Shown: positions 20,407 through 32,314 of the stretch, in pieces | Numbering within the stretch: the first letter of the stretch is position 1 | How the letters are laid out: every line of letters starts with the position of its first letter | DNA from: Vulcanimicrobiota bacterium | Lineage (GTDB): Bacteria; Vulcanimicrobiota; Vulcanimicrobiia; Vulcanimicrobiales; Vulcanimicrobiaceae | Assembly: GCA_963714015.1 (NCBI GenBank) | Contig: OY970223.1 | Coordinates: forward strand, 416,001-480,000 | Direction of reading: 5' to 3' | DNA length: 64,000 bases | Made by a program: the position numbers and the translations under genes | Notes under the pieces: generated by a model | What the model saw: only the letters and a program-made list of their open reading frames with translations | What the model was told of the DNA's origin: nothing | The model's database searches: none

Positions 20407-23400
20407 CTAGTTGGAAACAGCGCGCCGCCACCTTTCGTACGAATCAAGTACCGATGGCCAATCACGCAAACGTTCAAAGTGTTTGTGCACGTCACCAATG
20501 TAAGATTCATCCCGTATCTGGCTTAGTAATAAACCGGCGAAATTCGCCAGCTGCCACATCTGATTGTTATAGCCGTTCGCTATCATTGAATCTGCGAATT
20601 GCATCGCGCGCTTTGGTGGTACGTATGCTGCGTACGAATCAATCGCTTGTAAATCGACATAAACATAAACGCAGTTGCGAAGAGCCCGCTCACACAGATC
20701 GACAATGGCTCCCATTGCGTATTCTGGGTCCTCAGCGATATGCTCGCTTAGCAGACGGCTTATTGTAGAATCTGCGTTAGCGCTCCCACAAGCAATAAAA
20801 AACGCAATCAGCCTTCTAACCGGAGGCTGAAGCGAAATATTTTCGTTGCTGGTCGGGTTCCAGTACTCGCCAGAGCGCCCAGGCCAGCCAGTCTGCAGAT
20901 TTTTCAGGAAGCGATGGCACCACACTCAGCAAAGCCTCAAGTGATGGCTCATCGCCCTTGAACACTACGTCCGCAAGGCGCATACCTAATGCACACTTCG
21001 TCGTGCCAAAGCGGAACCAAAACATGACACGTTCGTCGTCCGTCAGTTTAGGCCAGTATAGCCTGAAAAAATACGCGGTTTGTTCCGCGACAGTTTCATT
21101 TTCTACACGCATCGACAACTGGGCTGCGAAACGAACCATGTTGCCAGCCAGTTCAAATTCATTAGCGCGAACTGCTGCACTATAGATGGCGGTGACTGCC
21201 ATCAGCCCGAAATGAATGGTATATGCCGTGGTTTCTTGGCCAACGGCTTGCATCAGGTCGTCAAGTAAAGGCCTGATGAACCTAAGCCCGTCTTTAGATA
21301 CTAAGCGTGCCGTGGTCCAGTAAGACCAAACACGAACCCCACTAATTGACGAGAAGGAAAACGTCCCATCGTCGTATTTTCTCACTGTCTCCACAGTGGG
21401 GTCTGTATCGCCATATCCGAGTCGGAGAATCGTAAGTACTGTCGATCGATCTGCCTCCTCACTCTTGCGAACAATTTCCGCCTTTCCTCCGGGAGATAAT
21501 CTCGAAAACTCCTTTAACGCATAGCTGGAAAACGTGGCGTCCGAAGGCTGAATTACGTCAGGGACGAGCTGCTTTAGCCGTGAATCATCCAAAACTCGAT
21601 CGCGCAAATGTTTATACTGCAGTGCCGTCGCGACGATCGAAGTTAAGTAACGTTCTCCTGCGAGGCGTGGTTCGTATCCGCTTCTAATTGCCGTTTGCAA
21701 TAAATCCAACGCCCATTCCGGCCTTCCATCCGCCCAATCCAGTTGAGCGAAGAAGCCGAGAGTCGAGCTCTTCATGCTGCACAAAAAAGGGGCGCTTGAC
21801 TATATTAATGGCGTATTGGTATGCGTCGTACGCGACATCACTCGACTTAATAAGCAGGTGGAGCAAAGCCGATTCATCAGGGCTATAGATATCTGAATTG
21901 TCGCCGGATTGTAGCCACTCAAGATAGCACTTCGCAAGAGCAATACTTTCCTTAGCCCTTCGAGCGATCGCATCCCGTATGGAGGGGATACCGTCTCGAA
22001 TGTTTATTAACGCAATAATATTTTGCGCGTGTTCATCGAGATCGTTATCGGAAAATGCAAGCATGAGCTGCGCGTATGCGAAACGCTGGATGAAGCGGGC
22101 CAACTGGCGTAGTAAGTAATCTGCTTAGGAGCTTGCGGCAGTCGACCCTGGTTTCCCGGAGCTAGCGTTGCATGGCCGGGATAACGACTCGTACAAGCCA
22201 ACCGTTATCTTCGTAGTCAAATGCACCACTAATTTGAGAGTGCCCAGGGCCGCTTAATTCAGCCCCGCTATAATCGCCGTAGCGCTCCCACTCCGCTACG
22301 TTTGCGTATTGAAGGACTGCTAATGACCATGCGAGCGCGGCTTGGGGGCTGAGCCGCTGCGAAATAAGGTTTCCACAATCATAAAGCGTCTGACCGGCCC
22401 CATGAATAAAGTCCGGCATACGCCGCTCATTTCCGTATGCTGCCGAGCACTACTTGATATAGCAAATGGGCTCACCGAACGGCAAAAATAGCGCTTTGAG
22501 TTGCGGATATCCAGCCGCTTGAGCAACACGGGAAGCAGCGCAAAAAATCTTCGAATTTCGCTTCTAAAAGGTCATCACGAGAGATATTCGCCGCAGCCGA
22601 GGCCATGGGCTCAGTTACTTCAGCTGCCTCTTCAGGCGAAACCACCTGGTGCTCCAGTAGGCGTTTAAGTAAGGTCGCAAGCAGGTCGGATGGCAGATCA
22701 CGCACGCGAGTTCGTAGCACATCCCACACTAATGGAAGGTTGTCGTCGTACGCCCCCATACTCGCTCGAAACGCCACATCTTCCGGTATAGCGCCAGCAA
22801 TCGCCTTGAAGATGTGACTGTAAGTTGACGCGCGGCGATCTAGGAGACGCATCGCCAAGTGAGCCGCTTCAGGACGAAGCTCCTCTGTTATTACGGCGTC
22901 GAGATCGCGCCACCAGTCGTGTGACTGCGCCAGGTCTATCGCTACGATGTCGTCGGCCTTGAGCAGCGCCCGGAAAAGTCAAAGCGCGTCGACTCATCGT
23001 ACGTTGCGGCGTACTCTGCCGCGCTACGCCCGACGAGGGACAGTTTGTTGCGCGCGGACTCGTTCGCGCCCATTATTCCTCTTTCGCAGGGCCGAAGAGC
23101 AGATCTTCGATACCCATCCGTTGACTGCGGGCGACATCCCACACGAGATGGTCTCGCAAGTTTCCGTACGGAAATTGTAGCATTCCATTCAAGTGTGAGC
23201 CGGCGACCGGCTCTAATAGACCTGAGTCCACGAGCACCTCGATCTCAGCGTCGCTCAACAGACTTTTTCAATTGCAGATAACTAGCGGCGAGTACGTCGT
23301 GCTCCCGCATATAGTTCGCAATTTCCTGAATTTTCCAAATATAGCGTTCTGGCTGACCGCCGCACCGAAGCGCTAATTTTGTGGCTTTGTGCTTAATGAA

Positions 23401-24571
23401 ATTCTCATATACCTCACTTGCCTGCAAGTCCGCGTCGAATCTCGGAACTACCGGCGAATGTCTCGCTGACGATCGACAGCATCGCTGGGTTGCGGCAGAT
23501 TTTCCGTGCATTACCGCTCAGCGTTCCACCGATTTGGAATACAGTGAAGTATTTCTGGATGAATTCGTCGAGTTGCTCGTCTTCGAGCTCGCCAAGGGTT
23601 ATAACTTCGGATTCATTGGTGAAGCGGGCAAGCAAGGTGCTATTCAACAGGCGATGCTTTTCACTCGGTCGGCTTAGTATGATAATCTTGCAGTTGAATG
23701 CACTTAGGCGATCTATCATCGCGGGCAGATCGTGCAGCTCAGACGATACCGCCATCCAGTCGTCGAATCCGTCGAGCACTACGCCTAGCGGCACCCCACG
23801 TTCGGCCAATGAAACCTCGGCGACGCGTTGCAGAAACGCCATGACGTCATCACACCGCTCGTAGACCGCTACAATATCACGTCGGATAACTGCCTCTACG
23901 CCGTCCGTAAGCGCGGCGCCGTCAAGCCTTATAGCATTCCAATGTGGTGATTCAGCCAGGGTCCATGAAAGAGCCGATTTACCGATATCGGAAACGCCAA
24001 GGATTATGTGAACCGGATTTTGCGATCGAAAAAGGGCGACGAAACTGAAGCCGCTCGGAAAGCGGCGCGGTACATACAGATTCGCTGGGATTGACAGCGG
24101 GTGCTTTTGCCGTTGCCGTTCCGGAAACAGCAAGAACTCTTCCGATACCCATCCCGGCCGATCCAGTGTAGGGCTGAAACCGATCCGTAAAGCGCTCTTC
24201 GCGAATGACAGGAGCTCACGTTCTTGAGTTTTGCCCGTGTTCACATTGATCGCGATGTACGTTGTGCCGTCGGTAATACCGACTTCGACGCACCCCTCCG
24301 CTTTCGCATAAGCGACGACCTGCTTGTTTGCCTTCTCGCGTTGTGTCGGCGTCTTGAATTTATCAGGACGCTTGACTTCTATTATGAAAACGACTTTGCC
24401 AAAATGGCGGACCACAATGTCTTTGCGGCGCCGCGATCCAATTTCACGCTCCTCAAGAATGACGTCGTCCATGGGCCAAAGCCGGCGCAGCTCCGCCGCA
24501 ACATGCGCGACGTAGTCGTTTTCTGAGGGCGCCGGTTGTGCGGAGTTGCCGCTCGCCTTTTTGCGAGCCAT
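20407..24571 (-). CDS. Large nuclease-STAND/NACHT-helical repeat protein (Avs-like), many frameshifts
   Basis: MARKKASG start; RRRKDIVV...FIIEVKRP (HsdR-N-like PD-(D/E)xK), ILGVSDIGKS Walker A, VVLDGFDD Walker B, CRNPAML; collinear helical ORF pieces down to 20407. Confidence 0.7.
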
Positions 24572-24735
24572 TGCACGTCGCGTTCGGTTTTCCGGAGCAC
24601 TCTGCCTGTACCGTACGCTTGACCCACATGTTAATGGCTGCCCTCGGCTACGCTGATCTGCCTGCAACTGTCACCTGGGCTTTTGCCTGCCCGGTGCAAC
24701 CGCCATACGGAGACTCGTGCATCTCCGCGACGCTG

Positions 24736-24754
24736 AGTAGAACTTCAAGTAGAA
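24736..24754. repeat. Terminal motif AGTAGAACTTCAAGTAGAA (candidate arm-type site), right
   Basis: Identical to 10581-10599; here AGTAGAACT-TCA-AGTAGAACT. Confidence 0.75.
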
Positions 24755-24769
24755 CTGGCAATCCTAGAT

Positions 24770-24796
24770 AAAAAAGCCGCGTAAATACGCAGCTCT
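24770..24796 (-). terminator. Intrinsic terminator after tRNA-Glu
   Basis: Minus strand AGCTGCGT-ATTT-ACGCGGCT stem followed by a T run. Confidence 0.7.
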
Positions 24797-24798
24797 AT

Positions 24799-24873
24799 TG
24801 GTAGCGCCAACGGGAATCGAACCCGTCTTTCCGCCTTGAAAGGGCGATGTCCTAACCGATAGACGATGGCGCC
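24799..24873 (-). tRNA. tRNA-Glu (UUC)
   Basis: GGCGCCATCGTCTATCGGTTAGGACATCGCCCTTTCAAGGCGGAAAGACGGGTTCGATTCCCGTTGGCGCTACCA cloverleaf, anticodon TTC, encoded CCA. Confidence 0.97.
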
Positions 24874-24947
24874 GTGGCCCTGCCTAATTCACCATAACCT
24901 CGAGCAGGCTGTCAACCACTTCGCCCGCCCGAAGCGGCCGGCCTGGA

Positions 24948-25433
24948 TTACTGGCGGCCTACCGGAGCCTGTGCCGCGATGAAGGTTTTCGAGGTTTGGC
25001 CTTTAGCGGGCGAATGCGGTGTGACGGTAACCGTCATGACGGCCTTTTTCAGCGTACCGACGGTCACGGTACCGGATCCGTTCTTGGCCGTTCGCTCCCA
25101 CTGCACCGCGATCGTGTTCGCGTGACCGCGCATATCCGGCGTGATCTCAACGGTCGCTTTCGACGTCACGATGGACGTGATGGGCCGGCCGTTCGCCCAG
25201 ATGCTAAACGTCACGCCATGGGTCTTGGCGCTGGTCTTTGCATAATAGCGATCGCCGGGGGTTTTCGAAAGCGCCTGTTCCGGCGGTGCGTTCGTCGAAT
25301 TTGCCTGGGCCATCGTCGTTTGACCGGGCAGCGGCGTCTGTCCGGACGACGATGGATTGTTCGCATTGCACGCGGTAAGGCCGAACGCGATCAAAAGCGC
25401 GCCCAGCGAACGGAGGAGGACGAAGCCTTGCAT
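24948..25433 (-). CDS. Hypothetical lipoprotein
   Basis: MQGFVLLRSLGALLIAFGLTAC lipobox. Confidence 0.7.
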   Translation of the reverse strand: MQGFVLLRSLGALLIAFGLTACNANNPSSSGQTPLPGQTTMAQANSTNAPPEQALSKTPGDRYYAKTSAKTHGVTFSIWANGRPITSIVTSKATVEITPDMRGHANTIAVQWERTAKNGSGTVTVGTLKKAVMTVTVTPHSPAKGQTSKTFIAAQAPVGRQ

Positions 25434-25471
25434 GCCTGCGTCATTCCCCGCCCGACCGGCGCTAAACCGCA

Positions 25472-25543
25472 TGGGCCCGGTAGGATTCGAACCTACGCGC
25501 AACCAGTTATGAGCCGGCCGCTCTACCGCTGAGCTACGGGCCC
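25472..25543 (-). tRNA. tRNA with CAU anticodon (probably Ile2, lysidine type; Met not excluded)
   Basis: GGGCCCGTAGCTCAGCGGTAGAGCGGCCGGCTCATAACTGGTTGCGCGTAGGTTCGAATCCTACCGGGCCCA; no encoded CCA. Confidence 0.9.
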
Positions 25544-25629
25544 GGTGGGCCTCTCCGTATTCCAAGACCGGGTCGCCGTTCCCTTACGGCGTGCACCGTC
25601 CGGCCGAGCAAATCTTTACCGCCCGCCTT

Positions 25630-25669
25630 TAGTTGACTTCGTCAAATACTTAGTTGATAATGTCAACTA
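25630..25669. promoter_or_regulatory. Two tandem palindromic operators, TAGTTGA-N5-TCAA(A/C)TA, before the MarR-GNAT gene
   Basis: tagttgacttcgtcaaata (25630-25648) and tagttgataatgtcaacta (25651-25669), ending 3 bp before the ATG. Confidence 0.7.
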
Positions 25670-25672
25670 TCT

Positions 25673-26587
25673 ATGCAACAAGACGTCGAACGTTTGCGCC
25701 GCTTCAATCGCTTCTACACCCGGCGGCTCGGCATTCTGGATAAGGGATTTTTGGGCAGCGATTTCGCGCTCATCGAGGTTCGCGTTCTGTACGAACTTGC
25801 CCACCGCGATAACGTCTTCGCATCGGAACTGGTCGACGAATTAACCGTCGATCCGGGATATTTGAGCCGGATTCTGCGCGGATTCGAGCAACAAGGCCTG
25901 ATCCGCAAGCAGCGCAGCCGTACCGACTCGCGGCGCAGCATGCTCGCGCTCACTGCAAAAGGGCGTCGCGTCTTCGAACGTCTGGATAAACGTCAGCACG
26001 ATGAAGTCGCGGCGATGTTGCAGGATCTCCATGAAACCGATCGTCGCCGTTTACTGGCAGCCGCCGGAGCAGTCGAAGATCTTTTGGAGCGCCGACAGTT
26101 CAACGGCACGCCGTTCGTGCTTCGCGACCCGCGTCCGGGCGACATCGGCTGGGTCGTCGAGCGGCATGGCGCGATCTATTCGATGGAGTACGGCTGGAAC
26201 GAGCAGTTTGAAGCGCTCGTTGCAGAAATCGCCGGCGGCTTTTTGAAGCAGCACGATGCCGAACGGGAACATTGCTGGATCGCAGAACTCGACGGACGCA
26301 ATGCCGGCTGCATCTTCCTCGTGGCGAAAGATGCCTCTGTCGCCCAACTTCGGCTGCTGCTCGTAGAGCCGGATGCGCGCGGCTTGGGCATCGGACGTGC
26401 CCTTATTCGCCGATGCATCGAATTCGCGCGAACGGCGGGCTACCGTAAGATAACGCTCTGGACCAATCACGTCCTCGAGGCCGCTCGTCATCTCTATGAA
26501 GAAGCGGGATTCACGTTGTTAAAAGAAGAGCCGCACGAGCGGTTCGGGACCCCGCTCGTGGGCCAAACTTGGGAACTTCGACTGTAA
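25673..26587 (+). CDS. Bifunctional MarR HTH / GNAT acetyltransferase
   Basis: RRFNRFYT, DPGYLSRIL, DSRRS; LRLLLVEPDARGLGIG. Confidence 0.9.
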   Translation: MQQDVERLRRFNRFYTRRLGILDKGFLGSDFALIEVRVLYELAHRDNVFASELVDELTVDPGYLSRILRGFEQQGLIRKQRSRTDSRRSMLALTAKGRRVFERLDKRQHDEVAAMLQDLHETDRRRLLAAAGAVEDLLERRQFNGTPFVLRDPRPGDIGWVVERHGAIYSMEYGWNEQFEALVAEIAGGFLKQHDAEREHCWIAELDGRNAGCIFLVAKDASVAQLRLLLVEPDARGLGIGRALIRRCIEFARTAGYRKITLWTNHVLEAARHLYEEAGFTLLKEEPHERFGTPLVGQTWELRL

Positions 26588-26590
26588 ACG

Positions 26591-27013
26591 CTAGCCTTCG
26601 GAAATATCGGCGACGACCGACCCCGTCTCTTCCGACGGCAGCTGGCGCGCGATGTCGGCTTGGCTCACCATTCCGACGAGCGTCTTCCCACGCGTTACCG
26701 GCAATCGCCGAACCTGACGCGACCGCATCAGTTGCGTAGCGCGGTCTATCGGATCGTCCGGCGAAACCGCTTCGATATCCGACGAATCTATTTCTCCGAC
26801 TTTTGTGGTCGAGGGATCTTTGCGCTCGGCTATTGCGCGCACGACGATATCGCGATCGGTAATGATTCCGCGCAGTTCGCCGGTGTCCGAGATTACGGGA
26901 ATTGCTCCGACGTTGGCTTGCGCCATTCGCTGCGCGGCATTTGCGACGGTGTCGTTCTCGCGGACCGTTTCGACCGATTCAGTCATGACGTCCGCAACTC
27001 GTACACTGGTCAT
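26591..27013 (-). CDS. CBS-domain protein
   Basis: VADVMT, VGAIPV, GIITDRDIV, VRRLPV. Confidence 0.9.
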   Translation of the reverse strand: MTSVRVADVMTESVETVRENDTVANAAQRMAQANVGAIPVISDTGELRGIITDRDIVVRAIAERKDPSTTKVGEIDSSDIEAVSPDDPIDRATQLMRSRQVRRLPVTRGKTLVGMVSQADIARQLPSEETGSVVADISEG

Positions 27014-27109
27014 ATCGGCCTCCTTATTTCTTTCAGATAGAACCGATTCCCAAAGAGCGCCCAATCCAACGTACCGGGCGGCAGGCTCCCCCCACGTCGG
27101 GCCGGCGGC

Positions 27110-28117
27110 TCATATCGTGGAGAGCGAGTGACCAACATAGGTCTGTAACTGTTTTGAGCCGGTGTCGTACGCAGTGTACCCGACGAAAAGTACGAGCGTC
27201 AGCAGTTCTGCCGCGATCAAGGCAAAAACAATGCTGCGAATCAAGCCCCAGTACACCGCGTGGCGAGCATGCGCGTCGGTCACTCCAATGATGCCCGCTA
27301 TATCTTTTGCACAATGATGGAATGCCTTCGGACCGGCAAAGACTGCGTAGACAAATGGCGCGCCCCCGACTAAGGCGACGGCCCAAAGCAGCCCCGACAG
27401 TATGCCGAACGAAACCGGAAACGTCTGCGGGATTTCATCGTAGGTCGAGAGCAGGCTGTACCTGAGCAGAAAGAAGTAGATAGAACCGCCCGTCACCAGA
27501 AAGAACATCGGCCAAAACGTTCGCGCGGTGAAGTAGTAGTAGACGATCTGCCGCGCTTTGCCGGCGTGCTCGGCCGCTTTCGTCCGTCGTCTGATGAACC
27601 ATGGAAAAAACACGCCGAGGAAATAGACGACGAGAGGCGCTCCGACCGTCAATAACAGCCCTTCGTGTGGTAACGTCAGTTCGCTGTCGTGATCGGTGAG
27701 GTCGTTTTCCAATTGGCTGCGTTTATAGAGCAGCGATTGGCGCTGTTCGGGGCCGGGTTGAGCGGCAAGCTGACTATTGACGCTGCGAATCTGGGTCTGA
27801 AGTGCGTGCGAAATCCAGTCGCTCTTTACGTTGGGATCGGGAAACAGAAAGTGAAATCCGAATCCGATGATTGCGACGATGGAAAACGTGAGCGTCGCGG
27901 CGCTCAGGGCGAATTCAAACGGATTTTTCCAACCTTCGTACGGGGCTTGCGTGCAGTACGAACTCTCGGGATGCCTGACGATGGTGTCGCGCTGGCGCAG
28001 GAACGCCTTGAAGTCTAGGAGCGGACGCAAATGGTCATTCCACCACGTTCCTAATTCGCCGCGCGGCGTGGGAAGGTCGTCTCGCACCTGCGCATGGGCG
28101 TCGACTACATCCTGCAT
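27110..28117 (-). CDS. Hypothetical multi-pass membrane protein
   Basis: 335-aa ORF with several hydrophobic helices. Confidence 0.65.
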   Translation of the reverse strand: MQDVVDAHAQVRDDLPTPRGELGTWWNDHLRPLLDFKAFLRQRDTIVRHPESSYCTQAPYEGWKNPFEFALSAATLTFSIVAIIGFGFHFLFPDPNVKSDWISHALQTQIRSVNSQLAAQPGPEQRQSLLYKRSQLENDLTDHDSELTLPHEGLLLTVGAPLVVYFLGVFFPWFIRRRTKAAEHAGKARQIVYYYFTARTFWPMFFLVTGGSIYFFLLRYSLLSTYDEIPQTFPVSFGILSGLLWAVALVGGAPFVYAVFAGPKAFHHCAKDIAGIIGVTDAHARHAVYWGLIRSIVFALIAAELLTLVLFVGYTAYDTGSKQLQTYVGHSLSTI

Positions 28118-28188
28118 GGCCTACCGCCTTTACTGCCGGTGGTACTTCTCGCAAGCGGGTTTGCACGCCCTCCACGGTTCGTGAGCCT

Positions 28189-29954
<1,766 letters not shown>

Positions 29955-30012
29955 AACGCGCCCTCAATACGGGCCGCGGGCGAAGCAGGCCTGCACCCCG
30001 AAGCGGCCTGCG

Positions 30013-30750
30013 GTGAGCCGTTTCAGCCGGATTTTGCGCGTTCCCGTAACGGGAAGCACCAACGAAGACATGGCGGCGATGTTGGGCGAGGAGCGCGCGA
30101 GGGGTCTGACGCTCGTGGCCGATTATCAGCAGCACGGAAGCGGACGCAAGGGCCGCTCATGGATTGCAGCACCCGGCACGGCGCTGCTCTGCACGGTCGC
30201 GCTTCCTGACCCGCTCCCGAGCAGCAACCTGTGGATCGTGCCGTTCTGGTCGGCACTCGTGGTGCGCGCGGCGCTCGGTGAATTCGGACTGAAAACACAA
30301 CTGCAATGGCCCAACGACGTCTTGACCGGCGGCCGCAAGATCGCCGGAATTCTGTGCATCTCGCGCATAACCGGCGTATCTGCGTGGGCTGCAAGCGGAA
30401 TCGGCGTGAACGTGCATCGCCCCAAGGACGATCCGGAGCAGCCACGGATCGCGCCGCCGCCGGCATATCTCTCCGATTATGCGGATGCGGATCGCGATGC
30501 GGTCTTGGATGCAGTACTGAGTCAAGCGGAGGCAACCTATGACGATCTGTCCTCACCGCAACGGATCGCCCGCGCTTGGGAAACCGCAGCCGGCATTCCC
30601 GGCATGGTTTATCGCATCGCTCTCGACGGCGAAAAACAGCCATTTGAAGCAGAGGCGCTTCGCCTAATGACCGGCGGCGCGCTGATGGTAAAGCACGAAG
30701 GCGTCGAACGCACGATCGCGCTCGCCGACGCGCGTATTTTGAGAGAGTAG
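30013..30750 (+). CDS. birA: Biotin--protein ligase
   Basis: GSTN, QQHGSGRKGRSW, QWPNDV, RKIAGIL, GIGVNV; no N-terminal HTH. Confidence 0.9.
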   Translation: MSRFSRILRVPVTGSTNEDMAAMLGEERARGLTLVADYQQHGSGRKGRSWIAAPGTALLCTVALPDPLPSSNLWIVPFWSALVVRAALGEFGLKTQLQWPNDVLTGGRKIAGILCISRITGVSAWAASGIGVNVHRPKDDPEQPRIAPPPAYLSDYADADRDAVLDAVLSQAEATYDDLSSPQRIARAWETAAGIPGMVYRIALDGEKQPFEAEALRLMTGGALMVKHEGVERTIALADARILRE

Positions 30751-30762
30751 GCCGCGCCTATT

Positions 30763-30978
30763 CTATTTTACGACGCCGCCGATGGAGATGTTCGCGCCAT
30801 GAAGAGCGCTGACCGCCGCAGTTTCGGCGCCGCCGTCGATGCTCAGGCATAGATTCGACGCCGTGTTGACGGTCGAGGGTTTCGGAATCATTTTCGCGCT
30901 AACGCCGGCATCCTTGAGCGCCTTGGTGGCGATCATCGTGTCGGCATTGCTCGAGAAAAAGAGGATGACGTCTGCCAC
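30763..30978 (-). CDS. DUF3343-like small protein
   Basis: ILFFSSNADTM.A.KALK..G....MIPKP pattern. Confidence 0.6.
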   Translation of the reverse strand: MADVILFFSSNADTMIATKALKDAGVSAKMIPKPSTVNTASNLCLSIDGGAETAAVSALHGANISIGGVVK

Positions 30979-30985
30979 GCTGCGC

Positions 30986-32314
30986 CTACTTCGCTGAAGC
31001 TCCGTGCACCAATTTGTCCAATGCCGCAGCCACGTCGTTCAGTTCCGAGACTCGCGTGACGGCTTGCTGCAAGCGATTGCTCATCTCTTGCGAGAGCGTG
31101 TCAATCACGATCATATCGCCGACGAGCTCTTCGTTGACGGCCTTGAGTTCGCGGACCTTTCCGCCGGAATCCGTGGCGCCGAGCTGTTCGATCAGCTCGC
31201 CGGCGCGCTCCACCGCGGCCTTCGTCGCGGCGACGTGATCGCCCGAGACTTCCCCGCCGACGATTGCGACGCCGAGTTCCTTGGCCGCCGCGCTGACCTG
31301 TTCGCTGCGCGTCGCCAGATGGTTCGAGATCCGCTGCACGATGGGAATGGCTACGAGCAGCGCCGCCATCATCGAGATGAAGCCCCAAAGCGCGAAGGTC
31401 TCAGTCATGTGGTTAATGATGCCGCTGATCTGCGACATCGGGACGCCGTACCAGCGCGCACCGATAACGGCGCCTTGATCGTCGGTAATCGGATCCAAAC
31501 GCGTCAAGTACTCCGTGCCGCCTTCTCGATCCGCCCCGACCCACGGCTGACCTGTGCGCAGGTTGTTTGCGTCAAAGGCGTCGACCCGCGAGTCGATGAG
31601 ACGCGTGCCGTCCGGCTGAGCAATCGTGCTGGACACGACGGCGTCGCCTTCGAGAATCGCTGTCTGCGCTCCAAGCGAATGCGTGCTGTCGTCGACGAGA
31701 TCGTAATAATGGTTCAGCAGAACGCCGCCGTAGATTGCGCCGAGCGTCCGTTCGTTGGCGTCGCTCATCGGCGCCGCTGCTACCAGCGCTAGGCCGTTCG
31801 TAATGTGCTCGACGGTTTTGGAACCGTCGATGATGTCGGCTCCGGCCTGCGCAACAAGCCCTTCGCCCTGCAGATCCTGCACCGGTATCAGCGCGGCCGT
31901 GCTCACCGATTCACCCGTGAGCGCGCGCTGCACGTACTTGTTGCCCGCAAACGACCCGCCGTCTCCGCCATTCGCGCGAGCCACCACTTTGCCGTCGGTG
32001 TCGACAATCGTTAGGAAGGAGAGCCCCGACGTGCGCTCGATGCTCGCCAGTTGGTCCTGCAACGTCTTCGAATCATGAGTCTGCAGACTGTGGCGGAGCG
32101 CGTCGGAGACCGCGTCCTGCGAGATCAGCAGACGGATTTGCTCCTTATGCGAATCCCAGTAGCCCGAGAATGCATTCGAGCCGTTCGTCACTTCGGAGCG
32201 CCCTTGCGCCATCAAATCGCGCGTAAGCGCGAGGCGGGCGGCTCCTACACTGATGACAAAAAATAGGAAGATCGCTCCGGCGATCGTTCCCAGCAATCGA
32301 ACACGCAGGCTCAT
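30986..32314 (-). CDS. Membrane-anchored Cache-domain sensor protein with short coiled tail
   Basis: TM - extracytoplasmic FLTIVDTDGKVVARA / IGARWYGVP - TM - ~110-aa helical tail. Confidence 0.7.
   Translation of the reverse strand: MSLRVRLLGTIAGAIFLFFVISVGAARLALTRDLMAQGRSEVTNGSNAFSGYWDSHKEQIRLLISQDAVSDALRHSLQTHDSKTLQDQLASIERTSGLSFLTIVDTDGKVVARANGGDGGSFAGNKYVQRALTGESVSTAALIPVQDLQGEGLVAQAGADIIDGSKTVEHITNGLALVAAAPMSDANERTLGAIYGGVLLNHYYDLVDDSTHSLGAQTAILEGDAVVSSTIAQPDGTRLIDSRVDAFDANNLRTGQPWVGADREGGTEYLTRLDPITDDQGAVIGARWYGVPMSQISGIINHMTETFALWGFISMMAALLVAIPIVQRISNHLATRSEQVSAAAKELGVAIVGGEVSGDHVAATKAAVERAGELIEQLGATDSGGKVRELKAVNEELVGDMIVIDTLSQEMSNRLQQAVTRVSELNDVAAALDKLVHGASAK

Larger units (their letters stand above)
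10451..24824. mobile_element. tRNA-Glu-integrated genomic (defence) island, ~14.3 kb, no integrase recognised
   Basis: 26-bp att duplication at both ends, shared 19-bp terminal motif, visibly lower GC, defence-type cargo. Confidence 0.9.

Noticed and set aside
25434..25565. N-terminal extension of ORF 24948-25565
   Set aside because: Overlaps the CAU tRNA; the lipoprotein signal begins at ATG 25433
1869..26082. Avoidance of BglII sites (AGATCT) as evidence for the REase specificity
   Set aside because: Sites are present (e.g. 1869-1874, 26077-26082) and depletion cannot be judged by eye; specificity remains unknown
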